DNA of 64,000 nt from Endomicrobium sp. (GTDB lineage Bacteria; Elusimicrobiota; Endomicrobiia; Endomicrobiales; Endomicrobiaceae). The notes beneath the pieces were generated by a model that was given only the letters and a program-made list of their open reading frames with translations, searched no databases and was not told where the DNA came from. Shown piece by piece: positions 49,937 to 60,379 of this stretch (positions within the stretch are counted from its first letter, which is position 1; each line of letters opens with the position of its first letter). The DNA lies in NCBI GenBank assembly GCA_031264105.1, contig JAISEM010000023.1, forward strand, positions 8,547 to 72,546, in the 5' to 3' direction. The position numbers and the translations under genes were made by a program.

Positions 49937-51874
49937 ATGAAAAATTTCAAATCATTGGCAAAGGTGTAAATTTTAACGGTTTTGAGTTAGACATATTTAA
50001 ATCATTTTTCTTAGGTGTACGCTATGATTTGGCAGTTTTGGCTTATTTAAACGTGCCTGTAACTTTGGCGTTTGCAGTACTTTTATTTTTTAACAAAGCA
50101 AATGTTTATAAAAGAATTATAAATTATGCTGTGTTCTACTACACCATTGCTGTTAGCGGTTTGTTTATTTTACTAGGCATAGATTTCTGTTATTATTCAT
50201 ATTTTCAAAATCATCTAAATATTATGATTTTTGGGCTGTTTGAAGACGATACAAAAGCATTAATATCAACGCTTGCTGAGGATTATAATATGTTTTTAGT
50301 TATAGGCAGTTTTATTTTATCGTATATTTTAACTTTTATTACCTCAAAGTTTGTATTGAAATTTAAATTTAAAGACGTTTCGGAAAAGAAAGAAACTACA
50401 CTAAAGCTATTAATTGTTATTTTGATGATAACAATTAATTTTGTTGCTGCAAGAGGATCCCTTGGAATTTTCCCTTTAGGCATGGACGACGCGCAAGTTT
50501 CACTTAATACGTTTTTAAATAAAGTAGCAATAAATGGAGTCTATACACTTCAAGAAGCAATAGAAATTAAAAGTAAACAAAAGGATTTTAATTATACTGA
50601 TAAGACAGGATATAAAGGAAATATCAAACAAGCTTTTGCCGATTATTTAAATATAGATATTAAACAAATATCCGAGCGACCAGAAAAGTCTTTAATCAAA
50701 TATACTAATCGCAACGAAAAAATTGAAAGTCTTAAACCCAATGTAATTTTTATTATGGTGTAAAGTTTTGGTTCTGGCCTTATAAGATACAATTCTAATG
50801 ACTTTAATATTTTAGGCGAACTAAAAAAACATTTTGATGAAGATATTGTCTTTTATAATTTTCTCCCAGCTCATGTTGGGCACAATTGGCAGTCTTGAAG
50901 GAGCTATGACAAACGTAGCAAGATGTTCTAATTCTTGGCACATAGCACAGTCAAAATATTCTTATAAGAAATATGAGTTTGCATGGCCTGTTCCATATAA
51001 GAAAAACAATTATGAAACAACGTTTATATATGGTGGCAATACCGGTTGGAGGAATTTAGGAAATTTTATGCCAAATTTGGAATTTGACAATGTTCTTGGA
51101 GAAGCAAGTATGGGCAATTCTTATCCTCGCAATCAATGGGGAGTATACGATGAAGATTTGTTTAAATATTTGCTTGAAGTATTAGATCAAAATGACAAGA
51201 AAAAATTTATTTATGTCATGACTACTACAAATCACCATCCATACTCTTTGCCTAATGACTACAAAGTTATGTCCATTAAAATTCCAAAAGAGTTAGAGCA
51301 AAATGTTGTAAACAAGCGTTTAGGCGAAAAGAGACTTGCTGTTTATCAATATTCAAATGAGATGCTTGGCAGATTTATAACGAAAATAAAAAACTCAAAG
51401 TATGCCGATAATACAATTATTGCTGTTACTGGCGATCATAATTTTCTAGACTGCTTATCTTATCCTAATGAAAGGCTTCTAGATGCTTTAAGCGTTCCGT
51501 TTTATTTGTATATTCCTAAAAACATTAGACCATCAGATGTTGATGTTTCAGTTTTTGGTTCTCACTTAGATATAATGCCGACGCTTTATAACGTTTCGCT
51601 TTCAAATAGCGACTATATGGCTATGGGAGAAAATCTCATATCAAATGATGCTAAAAATAATATTATTTTTTTAGATACTGGAGTAATAATGAGTAAAAAT
51701 GGGGTTGTTGAGCACAACTTTTTAAATGGAAATTTCTCTCGCTACGTTTGGAATAAAGATAAATATAGACAAGTCCTACCTTCTCAATGGATAGCTAAAG
51801 AACAGGATATGATTAAACATTATTTATCTGCAATAGCAGTTTCAGAATACCTAATAAAAAACACAGAGAAATAG
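49937..51874 (+). pseudogene. Second LTA synthase family protein, disrupted
   Basis: Deletion and shift after the start; TAA at 50761 replaces the Glu of (E)SFG; frameshift near 50878; colinear with 41637..43622. Confidence 0.88.
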
Positions 51875-51922
51875 ACTAATTGCAACATGTTAATTTAAGA
51901 AGAAATAAAAAATCTTATATGA

Positions 51923-52240
51923 TGAAAAAAGTTCAAACAGATATTAGACGTTAGATGTAAAATAAGTTTTTTGTAAAAGAGCGTTTAAGCGCCCTTTTAC
52001 AAAGAGCCAAAAATGTCAGAGATTTAATATGCAAAATTAGAACACTTTTTATCGTTAGGCGCGAACGAAAGCTACGAAGGCGCAAGCTCGAGCCGTTAAT
52101 TTAGCCGACTTTGACAAAACGGCAAAAGAAAGTAAAAGAATCATTTATTTTACAGTAAACACGGCTTTAAGACAATCCATTAACTGTACACTTGCCCTTT
52201 TAAATCGCCAAAATGTCTAATATCTTGTAAACTATTTACA
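51923..52240. mobile_element. MITE-like element, copy 2 (longer form)
   Basis: TIRs TGAAAAAAGTTCAAACAGATATTAGAC ... GTCTAATATCTTGTAAACTATTTACA; core nearly identical to 14603-14750; flanks TATGA / CATGA. Confidence 0.78.
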
Positions 52241-52320
52241 CATGATTGCCATTAAATATATTATTTTGTAAAATTATCTAGCTCATTGTGTCCAAAATTT
52301 TGTGGAAAAAGGCGGGCAAA

Positions 52321-52527
52321 ATGGGGTATTGCGTAAATTGTTTGCACCAAGGTGACAATAGTCTCGACGAACAAGGAAACTGCAAAATTTTCTGCATGGT
52401 AAAAAGAATGTGGGTGACTGAAAATTATTCATGTGGATATTTTACGGAATATGCCGATATAAGCAAAGAAATGCGTAGTCAATTCGCCCTATATTCTTGC
52501 ATTGATTTCTTTTACTATAGTAATTAA
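52321..52527 (+). CDS. Small Cys-rich hypothetical protein
   Basis: MGYCVNC..C...C..CGYF; purine-rich RBS before ATG 52321. Confidence 0.5.
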   Translation: MGYCVNCLHQGDNSLDEQGNCKIFCMVKRMWVTENYSCGYFTEYADISKEMRSQFALYSCIDFFYYSN

Positions 52528-52581
52528 ATTTTTTGAAAGGTATATTTTCTAAATTAAAAATTTTATATAGATGGAGACTGA

Positions 52582-53859
52582 ATGAAAGTGTTGGTTGTTG
52601 GTTCCGGAGGTAGGGAGCATGCTATATGTTGGAAATTTGCACAAAGTCCTAATGTTGAAAAAATATATTGCGCTCCTAGAAATGGTGGAATATCGCAAGT
52701 TGCGCAAAACGTTAATATTTCTGTAGAAGATTTTAAAGGACTCGCAGGCTTTGTTAAAGAAAACAATATAGACTTTACTTTTGTAGGCCCGGAAGTTCCT
52801 TTGTCTTTGGGTATAGTAGATTACTTTAAAGAGAACGGGTTAAAGATAATAGGTCCTTCTAAAGATGGCGCTAGATTAGAATCTAGCAAAATATACTCCA
52901 AAGAGTTTATGAATAAATATGGAATTCATACAGCACAATATAATAGCTTTTCAAATATTGAAAGCGCATTAAAATTTCTTGCAAATTGGCAAGAGAATAA
53001 AAAAGTTGTTGTTAAAGCAGATGGGCTTGCCGCAGGAAAAGGCGTTTATGTGTGCAACGGTAGAGAAGATGCGATAAATGCTGTTAAACAAATGATGAAC
53101 GAAAAAGCTTTAGGCAATGCAGGAGCTAATGTAATTATAGAAGACTATATAGATGGGCCAGAACTTTCTTATTTAATATTTACTGACGGTAAAACTTATT
53201 CTCTTATGCCAGCTTCTCAAGATCATAAGAGAATAAATGACAACGACGAAGGTCCAAATACCGGCGGTATGGGTGCTTATGCTCCGGCTCCGTTAGCCAC
53301 AAATGAATTAAATAAAAAAGTTGAGGACACTATAATCAAAAAAGTTATAGATGGCATTAAATCAGAAGAACTTGACTACAAGGGTGTTTTGTATGTCGGT
53401 GTTATTATGAACGGTTCTATACCTTACGTTTTAGAGTTCAATTGTCGTTTTGGGGATCCTGAGACTCAGACTGTGCTTCCTTTGCTTGATACGGACTTTG
53501 TTGATATTTGTGAAGCTATTTTAAATACAAATCTTGCAGACTTAAAAATAAGTTGGAAAAAAGAATTTTCAGTTTGCGTAGTTTTGGCTTCCGGAGGATA
53601 TCCAGGAAGTTTTAAAAAAGGTTTTGAAATAAATGGTCTTGAAAATATTAGAGATGCTATGGTATTTCATGCAGGAACAAAATTAGAAAATGGAAAGTTT
53701 GTTACTTCAGGAGGAAGAGTTTTAGGCGTTGTCTCAACATCTCCAGATATAAAAAGCGCTATAGATAAAGTGTATTCAAATGTTTCTATGATAAATTTTG
53801 ATGGAGTTCACTATAGAAAAGATATTGGATGGAGGGCTTTAAATGGAAAACAAAACTGA
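52582..53859 (+). CDS. purD: Phosphoribosylamine--glycine ligase
   Basis: GSGGREHA, VGPEVPL, KADGLAAGKGV, QDHKR..GPNTGGMG, EFNCRFGDPE. Confidence 0.97.
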   Translation: MKVLVVGSGGREHAICWKFAQSPNVEKIYCAPRNGGISQVAQNVNISVEDFKGLAGFVKENNIDFTFVGPEVPLSLGIVDYFKENGLKIIGPSKDGARLESSKIYSKEFMNKYGIHTAQYNSFSNIESALKFLANWQENKKVVVKADGLAAGKGVYVCNGREDAINAVKQMMNEKALGNAGANVIIEDYIDGPELSYLIFTDGKTYSLMPASQDHKRINDNDEGPNTGGMGAYAPAPLATNELNKKVEDTIIKKVIDGIKSEELDYKGVLYVGVIMNGSIPYVLEFNCRFGDPETQTVLPLLDTDFVDICEAILNTNLADLKISWKKEFSVCVVLASGGYPGSFKKGFEINGLENIRDAMVFHAGTKLENGKFVTSGGRVLGVVSTSPDIKSAIDKVYSNVSMINFDGVHYRKDIGWRALNGKQN

Positions 53860-54367
53860 TGTAGCAATTATTGCAGGTTCGGTTTCAGATTTAGCTTTAG
53901 TTAGCGAAACAGTTAAGGTTTTAGACGAGTTTAAGCTTTCGTATAGTATAAATATTGCTTCAGCTCATAGGACGCCAGAGCATTTAAAACAGTGCATAGA
54001 TGGAGCGGAAAGATCAGGCGTGAAAGTTTTTATAGCAGTAGCAGGTATGTCTGCCGCTCTTCCTGGAGTTATTGCTTCAAGGACTATTCTTCCAGTAATA
54101 GGCGTTCCTGTAGAATGTAAACATTTGGCAGGTTTTGACGCTTTACTTTCAATAGCTCAAATGCCTAAAGGAGTACCGGTAGCTACTGTTGCAGTGGGTA
54201 AAGCTGGCGCGATAAATGCGGCGATTTTGGCTGCACAAATAATAGCAGTAGCTGATGATGATTTGAAAGATAAATTGAAATCTCACAAAATAAAGCTTGC
54301 CGAGCTTGTTGTAAAAGAAGATATTAAACTTCAAAAAGACGGTTTAGATAAATATACATCAGGTTAA
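53843..54367 (+). CDS. purE: N5-CAIR mutase
   Basis: GSVSD, SAHRTP, AGMSAALPG, PVIGVP, QMPKGVPVATV. Confidence 0.95.
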   Translation: MENKTDVAIIAGSVSDLALVSETVKVLDEFKLSYSINIASAHRTPEHLKQCIDGAERSGVKVFIAVAGMSAALPGVIASRTILPVIGVPVECKHLAGFDALLSIAQMPKGVPVATVAVGKAGAINAAILAAQIIAVADDDLKDKLKSHKIKLAELVVKEDIKLQKDGLDKYTSG

Positions 54368-54377
54368 AAAAAATAAA

Positions 54378-54908
54378 ATGGCAGAAATTATAGTAGACTC
54401 TAAAGCATTTCAAGGTGCTGTAAAATCAATCTCTAAAAAGATTTTTAACGATAATCATAATATAAGCGATTTTGCTGTTATCGGCATACAAAGGAAAGGG
54501 GTGTTTCTTGCAAAAAGAATTATCTCTGAAATTGCTAATCTTGCTGGTGTAAAGGAATCTAAAATTTTATTTGGAACTCTAGACATCACTCTCCACAGGG
54601 ACGATCTTGACAACTTTGAATCTGACATGCCTATAATAAAAGATACTGACATTCCATTTGATTTGAGCAGAAAAAATATAATTTTAATTGATGATGTTCT
54701 CTATACGGGAAGGACCGTAAGAGCAGCACTTGATGTTCTTACAGACTTTGGCAGACCCAAGTCTATTCGGCTTGCTGTTTTAGTTGACAGAGGTTTTAGA
54801 GAGTTGCCAATAGAGGCTAAATATGTTGGAGTTAAGTACGAAAGCAAAAAATTTATAAAAGTTGACTGTAAAGAGGCTGATGGCGAAGATAAAGTTTTTA
54901 TAAGTTAG
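54378..54908 (+). CDS. pyrR: Pyrimidine operon regulator / uracil PRTase
   Basis: [33 protein letters not shown]. Confidence 0.94.
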   Translation: MAEIIVDSKAFQGAVKSISKKIFNDNHNISDFAVIGIQRKGVFLAKRIISEIANLAGVKESKILFGTLDITLHRDDLDNFESDMPIIKDTDIPFDLSRKNIILIDDVLYTGRTVRAALDVLTDFGRPKSIRLAVLVDRGFRELPIEAKYVGVKYESKKFIKVDCKEADGEDKVFIS

Positions 54909-54960
54909 CAGTTTAAACGGCGATAAAACTAATTATAGACAAACATGTAGAGGAGCAAAG

Positions 54961-55896
54961 ATGTCCCTTAACTGCAAAGACTTGCTTGGCCTTGAGCATC
55001 TTGATAAAAAAGATTTACAGACAATTTTAGATTCAGTAAAACCATTTAAAGATCTTTTTACGAGATCTGTTAAAAAAGCTCCAACTTTAATAGGAAAAAC
55101 AGTAGTAACGCTATTTTATGAACCTTCAACTCGTACGAGAAACTCTTTTGAAATTGCTGCAAAAAGGCTTTCGGCGGACGTTGTAAATGTGACGGTTGGC
55201 ACTTCAAGCGTAGTTAAAGGTGAGAGTCTTATTGATACTGGCAAAACTCTTGAAGCTATGAAGGCCGATTATATAATTATAAGGCATTCATTGGCAGGAT
55301 CTCCAGATATTCTAGCAAGAAACCTTAACGCTTCGATAATAAATGCCGGCGATGGGTTTCATGAACATCCAACGCAAGGTCTTCTTGATTTATATACAAT
55401 GTATGAAAAAAAGAAAAGATTTGAAGGCTTAAAAGTATTGTTGGTCGGCGATATTATACATTCAAGAGTTGCAAAATCCAACATTTGGGCTTTAACTAAA
55501 ATGGGGGCAGAAGTTGCTGTATCAGGACCACCAACGTTAATTCCTGAAGATATAAAAGATTTAGGTGTCAAAGTATATTATGATTTGGATGAAGCAGTAA
55601 AGAATGCAGATGTAGTAAATATCTTGAGAATACAGCTTGAACGCCAACAAGAAAATTTATTCCCTTCAGTCCACGAATATGTTGAATTATATCAACTAAC
55701 AAAAGAAAGACTTGGATTAGCTAAACCAGGAGTTTTAATTATGCATCCCGGACCTATGAATAGGAGTATAGAAATTTCTTCTGATGTAGCAGATAGTAAA
55801 AATGCAGTAATAAATGAGCAGGTGACCAACGGAATAGCTGTTAGAATGGCAGTTCTATATCTTTTAAAAAAGAGGAAAAATGCGTCTTCAAATTAA
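54961..55896 (+). CDS. pyrB: Aspartate carbamoyltransferase
   Basis: [32 protein letters not shown]. Confidence 0.97.
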   Translation: MSLNCKDLLGLEHLDKKDLQTILDSVKPFKDLFTRSVKKAPTLIGKTVVTLFYEPSTRTRNSFEIAAKRLSADVVNVTVGTSSVVKGESLIDTGKTLEAMKADYIIIRHSLAGSPDILARNLNASIINAGDGFHEHPTQGLLDLYTMYEKKKRFEGLKVLLVGDIIHSRVAKSNIWALTKMGAEVAVSGPPTLIPEDIKDLGVKVYYDLDEAVKNADVVNILRIQLERQQENLFPSVHEYVELYQLTKERLGLAKPGVLIMHPGPMNRSIEISSDVADSKNAVINEQVTNGIAVRMAVLYLLKKRKNASSN

Positions 55897-57151
55897 AAAT
55901 ATACGAATTGTTGATCCATCTCAGAATAAAGATGTCGTAGGTGATATTCTAATTGAAGACGGCAAAATAGTTTCAAAATTTTCAAATAGCGAAAAAATTG
56001 ATATTGTTGATGGTAAAGGTAAAATTGCAGTACCAGGCCTAATAGATGTTCACGCTCACTTAAGAGAGCCAGGACAAGAAGGCAAAGAGACAATTTATAC
56101 AGGTACGCGTTCAGCTGCAAAAGGTGGAATTACAACTATTTTATGCATGCCTAATACTAAACCTCCAATAGACAATGCTCCGACTGTTGAATTCATTATT
56201 TTCAAGGCTCAGAAAGAAGGTATTGTAAATGTTTTTCCAATTGGGTGTGCAACAAAGGGATCTTTAGGGGTTGAACTTTCAGAAATTGGAGTTTTAAAAA
56301 AGGCTGGTATCGTTGCTGTAAGCGACGACGGTCTTCCTGTAATGAATTCTCAAATAATGCGTAGAACTTTGGAATACACAAAAATGTTTAAGCTTCCTGT
56401 TATTTCTCACAGTGAAGATAAAGAACTTAGCAAAAATGGATCAATGAACGAAGGCAAAAATTCAATGATACTTGGACTCAGAGGTATTCCAAGACAGGCC
56501 GAAGAAGTTATGGTAAGTCGCGATATAATGCTTGCCGAGCTTACGGACGGTTATCTTCACATAGCACACGTTTCAACTGAAGGTTCTGTTGACTTAATAA
56601 GACAGGCTAAAAAGAAAGGTATTAAAGTAACTGCTGAAACCTGTCCTCATTATTTTTCGTTGACTGACGACATTGTTAAAGTCTATGATGCTAATACTAA
56701 AATGAATCCTCCTTTAAGGGAAAAAAGAGATGTAGAAGCTATAAAAAAAGGTCTAGCAGATGGTACGATAGACTGTATAGCTACTGATCATGCTCCTCAT
56801 ACACATGAAGGAAAAAATAGAGAGTTTGATTTGGCTCCTTTTGGCATTATAGGCTTTGAAACTATGTTAAGTTTGGTTTTAAGTGAGCTTGTAGACAAGG
56901 GAGTTTTAAGTCTGTCTGAAGCTATTGCTAAAATGAGTTTAAATCCTGCAAAAATATTCAACCTTAAGGGTAGAGGGTCTCTTAAAGAAGGTAGTCTTGC
57001 CGATATAACAATAATAGATCCAAAATATTTTTATGAGTTTACTAAAGAAAGCATAGTTTCAAAGAGTAAAAATTCACCTTTTATAGGGAGAAAATTTAAA
57101 GGCGGAGCCGTTATGACTATAGTTGGTGGCAATACAGTTTGGCAAAAATGA
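55880..57151 (+). CDS. pyrC: Dihydroorotase
   Basis: [30 protein letters not shown]. Confidence 0.96.
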   Translation: MRLQIKNIRIVDPSQNKDVVGDILIEDGKIVSKFSNSEKIDIVDGKGKIAVPGLIDVHAHLREPGQEGKETIYTGTRSAAKGGITTILCMPNTKPPIDNAPTVEFIIFKAQKEGIVNVFPIGCATKGSLGVELSEIGVLKKAGIVAVSDDGLPVMNSQIMRRTLEYTKMFKLPVISHSEDKELSKNGSMNEGKNSMILGLRGIPRQAEEVMVSRDIMLAELTDGYLHIAHVSTEGSVDLIRQAKKKGIKVTAETCPHYFSLTDDIVKVYDANTKMNPPLREKRDVEAIKKGLADGTIDCIATDHAPHTHEGKNREFDLAPFGIIGFETMLSLVLSELVDKGVLSLSEAIAKMSLNPAKIFNLKGRGSLKEGSLADITIIDPKYFYEFTKESIVSKSKNSPFIGRKFKGGAVMTIVGGNTVWQK

Positions 57152-57186
57152 CGACAAAGGTTAGAGGCAGTGAGGATTAAGCGTGC

Positions 57187-57939
57187 ATGTCTAATAAGAG
57201 ATTTGATAGAAGTTACGATATAATTTCAAATAAAGAAGTTTGTGCTGGTTATTTTGAATTACAAGTAAAAGTGGATGCTGCTGCAAAGCATTGTTTGCCA
57301 GGTCAATTTTTTATGTTAGAAGTTCCCGGTGTTTTTTTGCGTAGACCGATAAGTGTCCACGATGTGAAGAAAGATACTTTAAGTTTCTTATATAAAGTTG
57401 TTGGCAAGGGTACAAATATATTATCAAGTATTTGCGCTGGTACAATACAGCTTTTAGGGCCGCTTGGCAAGGGTTACGATTTAGAAACTTATAAAGATTC
57501 TAATCATGTTATTGTTGCTGGTGGTACAGGAATAGCGTCACTTCATTTCCTTGCAGCAAAGCTCAGTAAAAAAGGGACGCTTTACTACGGTGCTCGTTCA
57601 CAGAAAGATTTGTTATGTCTTAATAAGTTTAAAGAACTTGGTTGGAAAATAGAAGTTTCTACTGAAGATGGTTCAAAAGGACATAAAGGCTATATAACAG
57701 ACTTGCTGCAAAAAAATTTAAATTCAAACGATGTAATATTTATTTGTGGTCCTAGTCTAATGTTAAAAAAAGTTTTGGAAATCGCTAAAGAAAAAAACGT
57801 AAAAGGTTTTGCATCTCTTGAAGAGAAAATGGCGTGCGGAGTAGGCAACTGCCAAGGCTGCGCCGTAAAAGTAGGCGGCAAAACAAAGATGACATGCAAA
57901 GACGGTCCTGTTTTTAAAATAGAACAAGTGGAATTATAA
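57187..57939 (+). CDS. pyrK: Dihydroorotate dehydrogenase electron transfer subunit
   Basis: PGQF..LRRPIS, GPLGKG, GGTGIA, CGP, MACGVGNCQGC..CKDGPVF. Confidence 0.94.
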   Translation: MSNKRFDRSYDIISNKEVCAGYFELQVKVDAAAKHCLPGQFFMLEVPGVFLRRPISVHDVKKDTLSFLYKVVGKGTNILSSICAGTIQLLGPLGKGYDLETYKDSNHVIVAGGTGIASLHFLAAKLSKKGTLYYGARSQKDLLCLNKFKELGWKIEVSTEDGSKGHKGYITDLLQKNLNSNDVIFICGPSLMLKKVLEIAKEKNVKGFASLEEKMACGVGNCQGCAVKVGGKTKMTCKDGPVFKIEQVEL

Positions 57940-58824
57940 ATGGAACAATATTTTCAAAGAAATAATTTTATTTTGTATAATGGCGATTGTATAAAAGTAT
58001 TGCAAGAGCTTCCTGAAAATTCTATAGATATGATATTTGCCAATCCTCCTTTTTTTATCAAACGGTTCTTTTACGTGCCATTGTGGAAAACGTGTCAGGG
58101 TTAAAAAAGGCGATTGGGACATAGGACGAGGTTCTGTTAAAAATTTGGAATTTCATGTTGACTGGCTTAAAGAATGTAAAAGAGTTCTAAAAGATAATGG
58201 AACTATTTGAGTAAGCGGAACATATCATTCTATTTATCAGTGCGGCGTAGCTCTTGAGATGAATGGATATCATTTTTTGAATGATATAACTTGGTTCAAG
58301 CCAAATGCAGCGCCAAATTTAAGTTGCCGTTTTTTTACAGCAAGCCATGAAACTTTGATATGAGCCCGTAAGGATAAAAATGGCAAACACACTTTTAACT
58401 ATGATTTAATGAAAAATGGAAAGTGGCAAGAGGATCCTTTGAAGAAAGACAGAACTCAGATGCGTAGCGTGTGGTCAATTGGGACACCAAAAGCTTCTGA
58501 GAAATTATTTGGAAAACACCCAACACAAAAGCCGTTAGACTTATTGAGAAGAATTGTCTTGGCAAGCACAAATAAAGGATATACCGTACTAGATCCTTTT
58601 ACTGGTGGTTCAACAACAGGTCTCGCGGCTGTTGCAAATGGTAGGAAATTTGTTGGAATTGATACTGAAAAAAATATTTAGATTTATCTGTAAAGAGATA
58701 TAAAGGTTTAGTTTCGCAATATTGTAAAAATAATACGGCAAATTACTTGCGTCATCAAAGCTTTAGACAACAATGTTTTCTTGAAAAAAGAGGAGAATAT
58801 AAAGCTAATAAAAGAAAGAAATGA
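57940..58824 (+). pseudogene. Beta-class N4/N6 DNA methyltransferase (DpnA-like), inactivated
   Basis: GDCI..SIDMIFANPP, KGDWD, KPNAAPNLSCRFFTASHE, GKHPTQKP, VLDPFTG; frameshifts near 58050 and 58670, TGA stops at 58208 and 58361. Confidence 0.9.
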
Positions 58825-59438
58825 AGATAATCGCAAGAGCTAATGCAATAATCAATTTGAGTAAATACGCAGGGCAGAATTTAAAAGATTTGGTTCTCAA
58901 ACACAAGGTTACGACTTTTGAAACGAGTAAGCAAAATAAAAGCTGGAAAGGTTTAGTTCTTGAAAAATTGCCAGGGTTGGATAATACCTCAAAGGCTCCA
59001 AATGGATTGGATTTTGAGTTGAAGTCAGTAAGTTTTTGTGAAGGTAAAGGAGAGTTTACTCCAAAAGAAACAATGGCAATAACTGTGATAAATCCTAAAG
59101 ATCTCTTAGAGACGGAGTTTTATGACAGTCGTTGTTGGTCAAAATTAAAGTCAATAATTTTTTGCGCAGTCAAGTGGAATGGCAAAAATTCTAAAGATGC
59201 GCAATTGTTGAAAGTAACAAGTTTTGACTTTACAAACGACGGCAATTTAATTGCCGAAATAAAAGAAGATTATGATTTTATAAAAAATAAGCTTAAAAAT
59301 AGCGGATTTGTTTCTTTGACAGGCAAAGATGGGAAGTGGATACAAGCAAGGACAAAAGGCAGTGGACATGGCTCAATAACAAGAGCTTTTTATGCAAGAA
59401 AATCTTTAGTAAAGAGGATATTTGATAATTCAATATGA
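58821..59438 (+). CDS. MutH/Sau3AI family endonuclease
   Basis: NKSWKGLVLE..GL..APNGLDFELKS, PKETMAIT, WIQARTKGSG..RAFY. Confidence 0.82.
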   Translation: MKIIARANAIINLSKYAGQNLKDLVLKHKVTTFETSKQNKSWKGLVLEKLPGLDNTSKAPNGLDFELKSVSFCEGKGEFTPKETMAITVINPKDLLETEFYDSRCWSKLKSIIFCAVKWNGKNSKDAQLLKVTSFDFTNDGNLIAEIKEDYDFIKNKLKNSGFVSLTGKDGKWIQARTKGSGHGSITRAFYARKSLVKRIFDNSI

Positions 59439-60358
59439 ATCCTGATTTAAGTATAGAATTTGCTGGAATTAAGTTTAAAAACCCTGTTTTTACGGCTTCA
59501 GGGACTTTTGGTTATGGCTATGAACTTGCCGATTTAATGCCTTTGGAAAGACTTGGAGCCATTGTAACAAAAACCATTACTTTGGACCCTCGTCCTGGCA
59601 ATGTTCAACCAAGAATTGCTGAAGTTGCCTCAGGCATGTTGAATACAATAGGTCTGCAAAATATTGGCGTCAAATCTTTTGTTGAAGAACCTCTTGATAA
59701 TTTACGTAAAGTAGGGGTTCCTGTAATTGTAAGTGTTGCTGGAGCTGCAACAGATGAATATGTGGAAACTGTAGAAATATTAAGCAAGCAGTCGGGCATA
59801 TCTGCAATAGAATTAAATTTGTCTTGTCCAAACTTAAAAAAGAAAATAGTATGCCATGATTTGCCTTTAGTTCAAGATGTCATAAAAAGTGTTAAAAAAA
59901 TTTCAAAAGTTCCAGTTATAGCTAAATTGTCGCCTCTTGTAACAGATATTTCCGAACTTGCGCTTACTGCTCAAAATGCTGGTGCAGATGGCGTTACGCT
60001 TGTAAACACTTATCCTGCAATGGCTATAGATGTAAAAACTTTTAAGCCAAAACTTTCTACTATTAAAGGCGGAATGTCTGGAGCTTGCGTAAAACCAATG
60101 TCGGTTCGGTGCGTGTATGATGCATATCAAAATACAAAGATACCTGTAATAGGTTGTGGTGGTATAATGACAGGAAAAGATGCCCTTGAGTTTATGCTTG
60201 CCGGGGCAACGGTTGTAAGTGTTGGCAGCGCAAGTTTGCTTTCTCCTAAAAATCTAATAAAAATCATTGATGAAATTGAAGAAATATTAAAAGAAAGAAA
60301 TATAAAATCAGTAAAAGACATAATCGGTATTGTTAATACTGTAAAGAATGCTTGTTAG
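59435..60358 (+). CDS. pyrD: Dihydroorotate dehydrogenase B, catalytic subunit
   Basis: ASGTFGYG, GMLNTIGLQN, ELNLSCPN, KLSP, GGMSG, IGCGGI. Confidence 0.96.
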   Translation: MNPDLSIEFAGIKFKNPVFTASGTFGYGYELADLMPLERLGAIVTKTITLDPRPGNVQPRIAEVASGMLNTIGLQNIGVKSFVEEPLDNLRKVGVPVIVSVAGAATDEYVETVEILSKQSGISAIELNLSCPNLKKKIVCHDLPLVQDVIKSVKKISKVPVIAKLSPLVTDISELALTAQNAGADGVTLVNTYPAMAIDVKTFKPKLSTIKGGMSGACVKPMSVRCVYDAYQNTKIPVIGCGGIMTGKDALEFMLAGATVVSVGSASLLSPKNLIKIIDEIEEILKERNIKSVKDIIGIVNTVKNAC

Positions 60359-60379
60359 ATTTAAGTTTAAGGAGGCATA

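Noticed and set aside
52050-52210. Repeated element as 6S RNA, SRP RNA, tmRNA, RNase P RNA or a riboswitch
   Set aside because: No hallmark motifs recognised; two dispersed copies with TIRs fit a mobile element better. An Rfam scan is still needed.
52058-52220. Open frame ARTKATKAQARAVNLADFDK... inside the repeated element as a transposase or peptide gene
   Set aside because: No start or RBS, no DDE motif, and an indel in the other copy breaks the frame.
54368-54960. PyrR-binding attenuator before pyrR or pyrB
   Set aside because: Spacers are only 10 and 52 bp and lack a recognisable binding loop or terminator.
58201-58363. Possible UGA=Trp recoding: in-frame TGA at two conserved Trp positions of the MTase, and near 14039 in the autotransporter
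   Set aside because: Intact genes encode Trp as TGG and several end in TGA at the expected position (murA, lptB, ptsN). The same pseudogenes also carry frameshifts. TGG to TGA is an ordinary transition.
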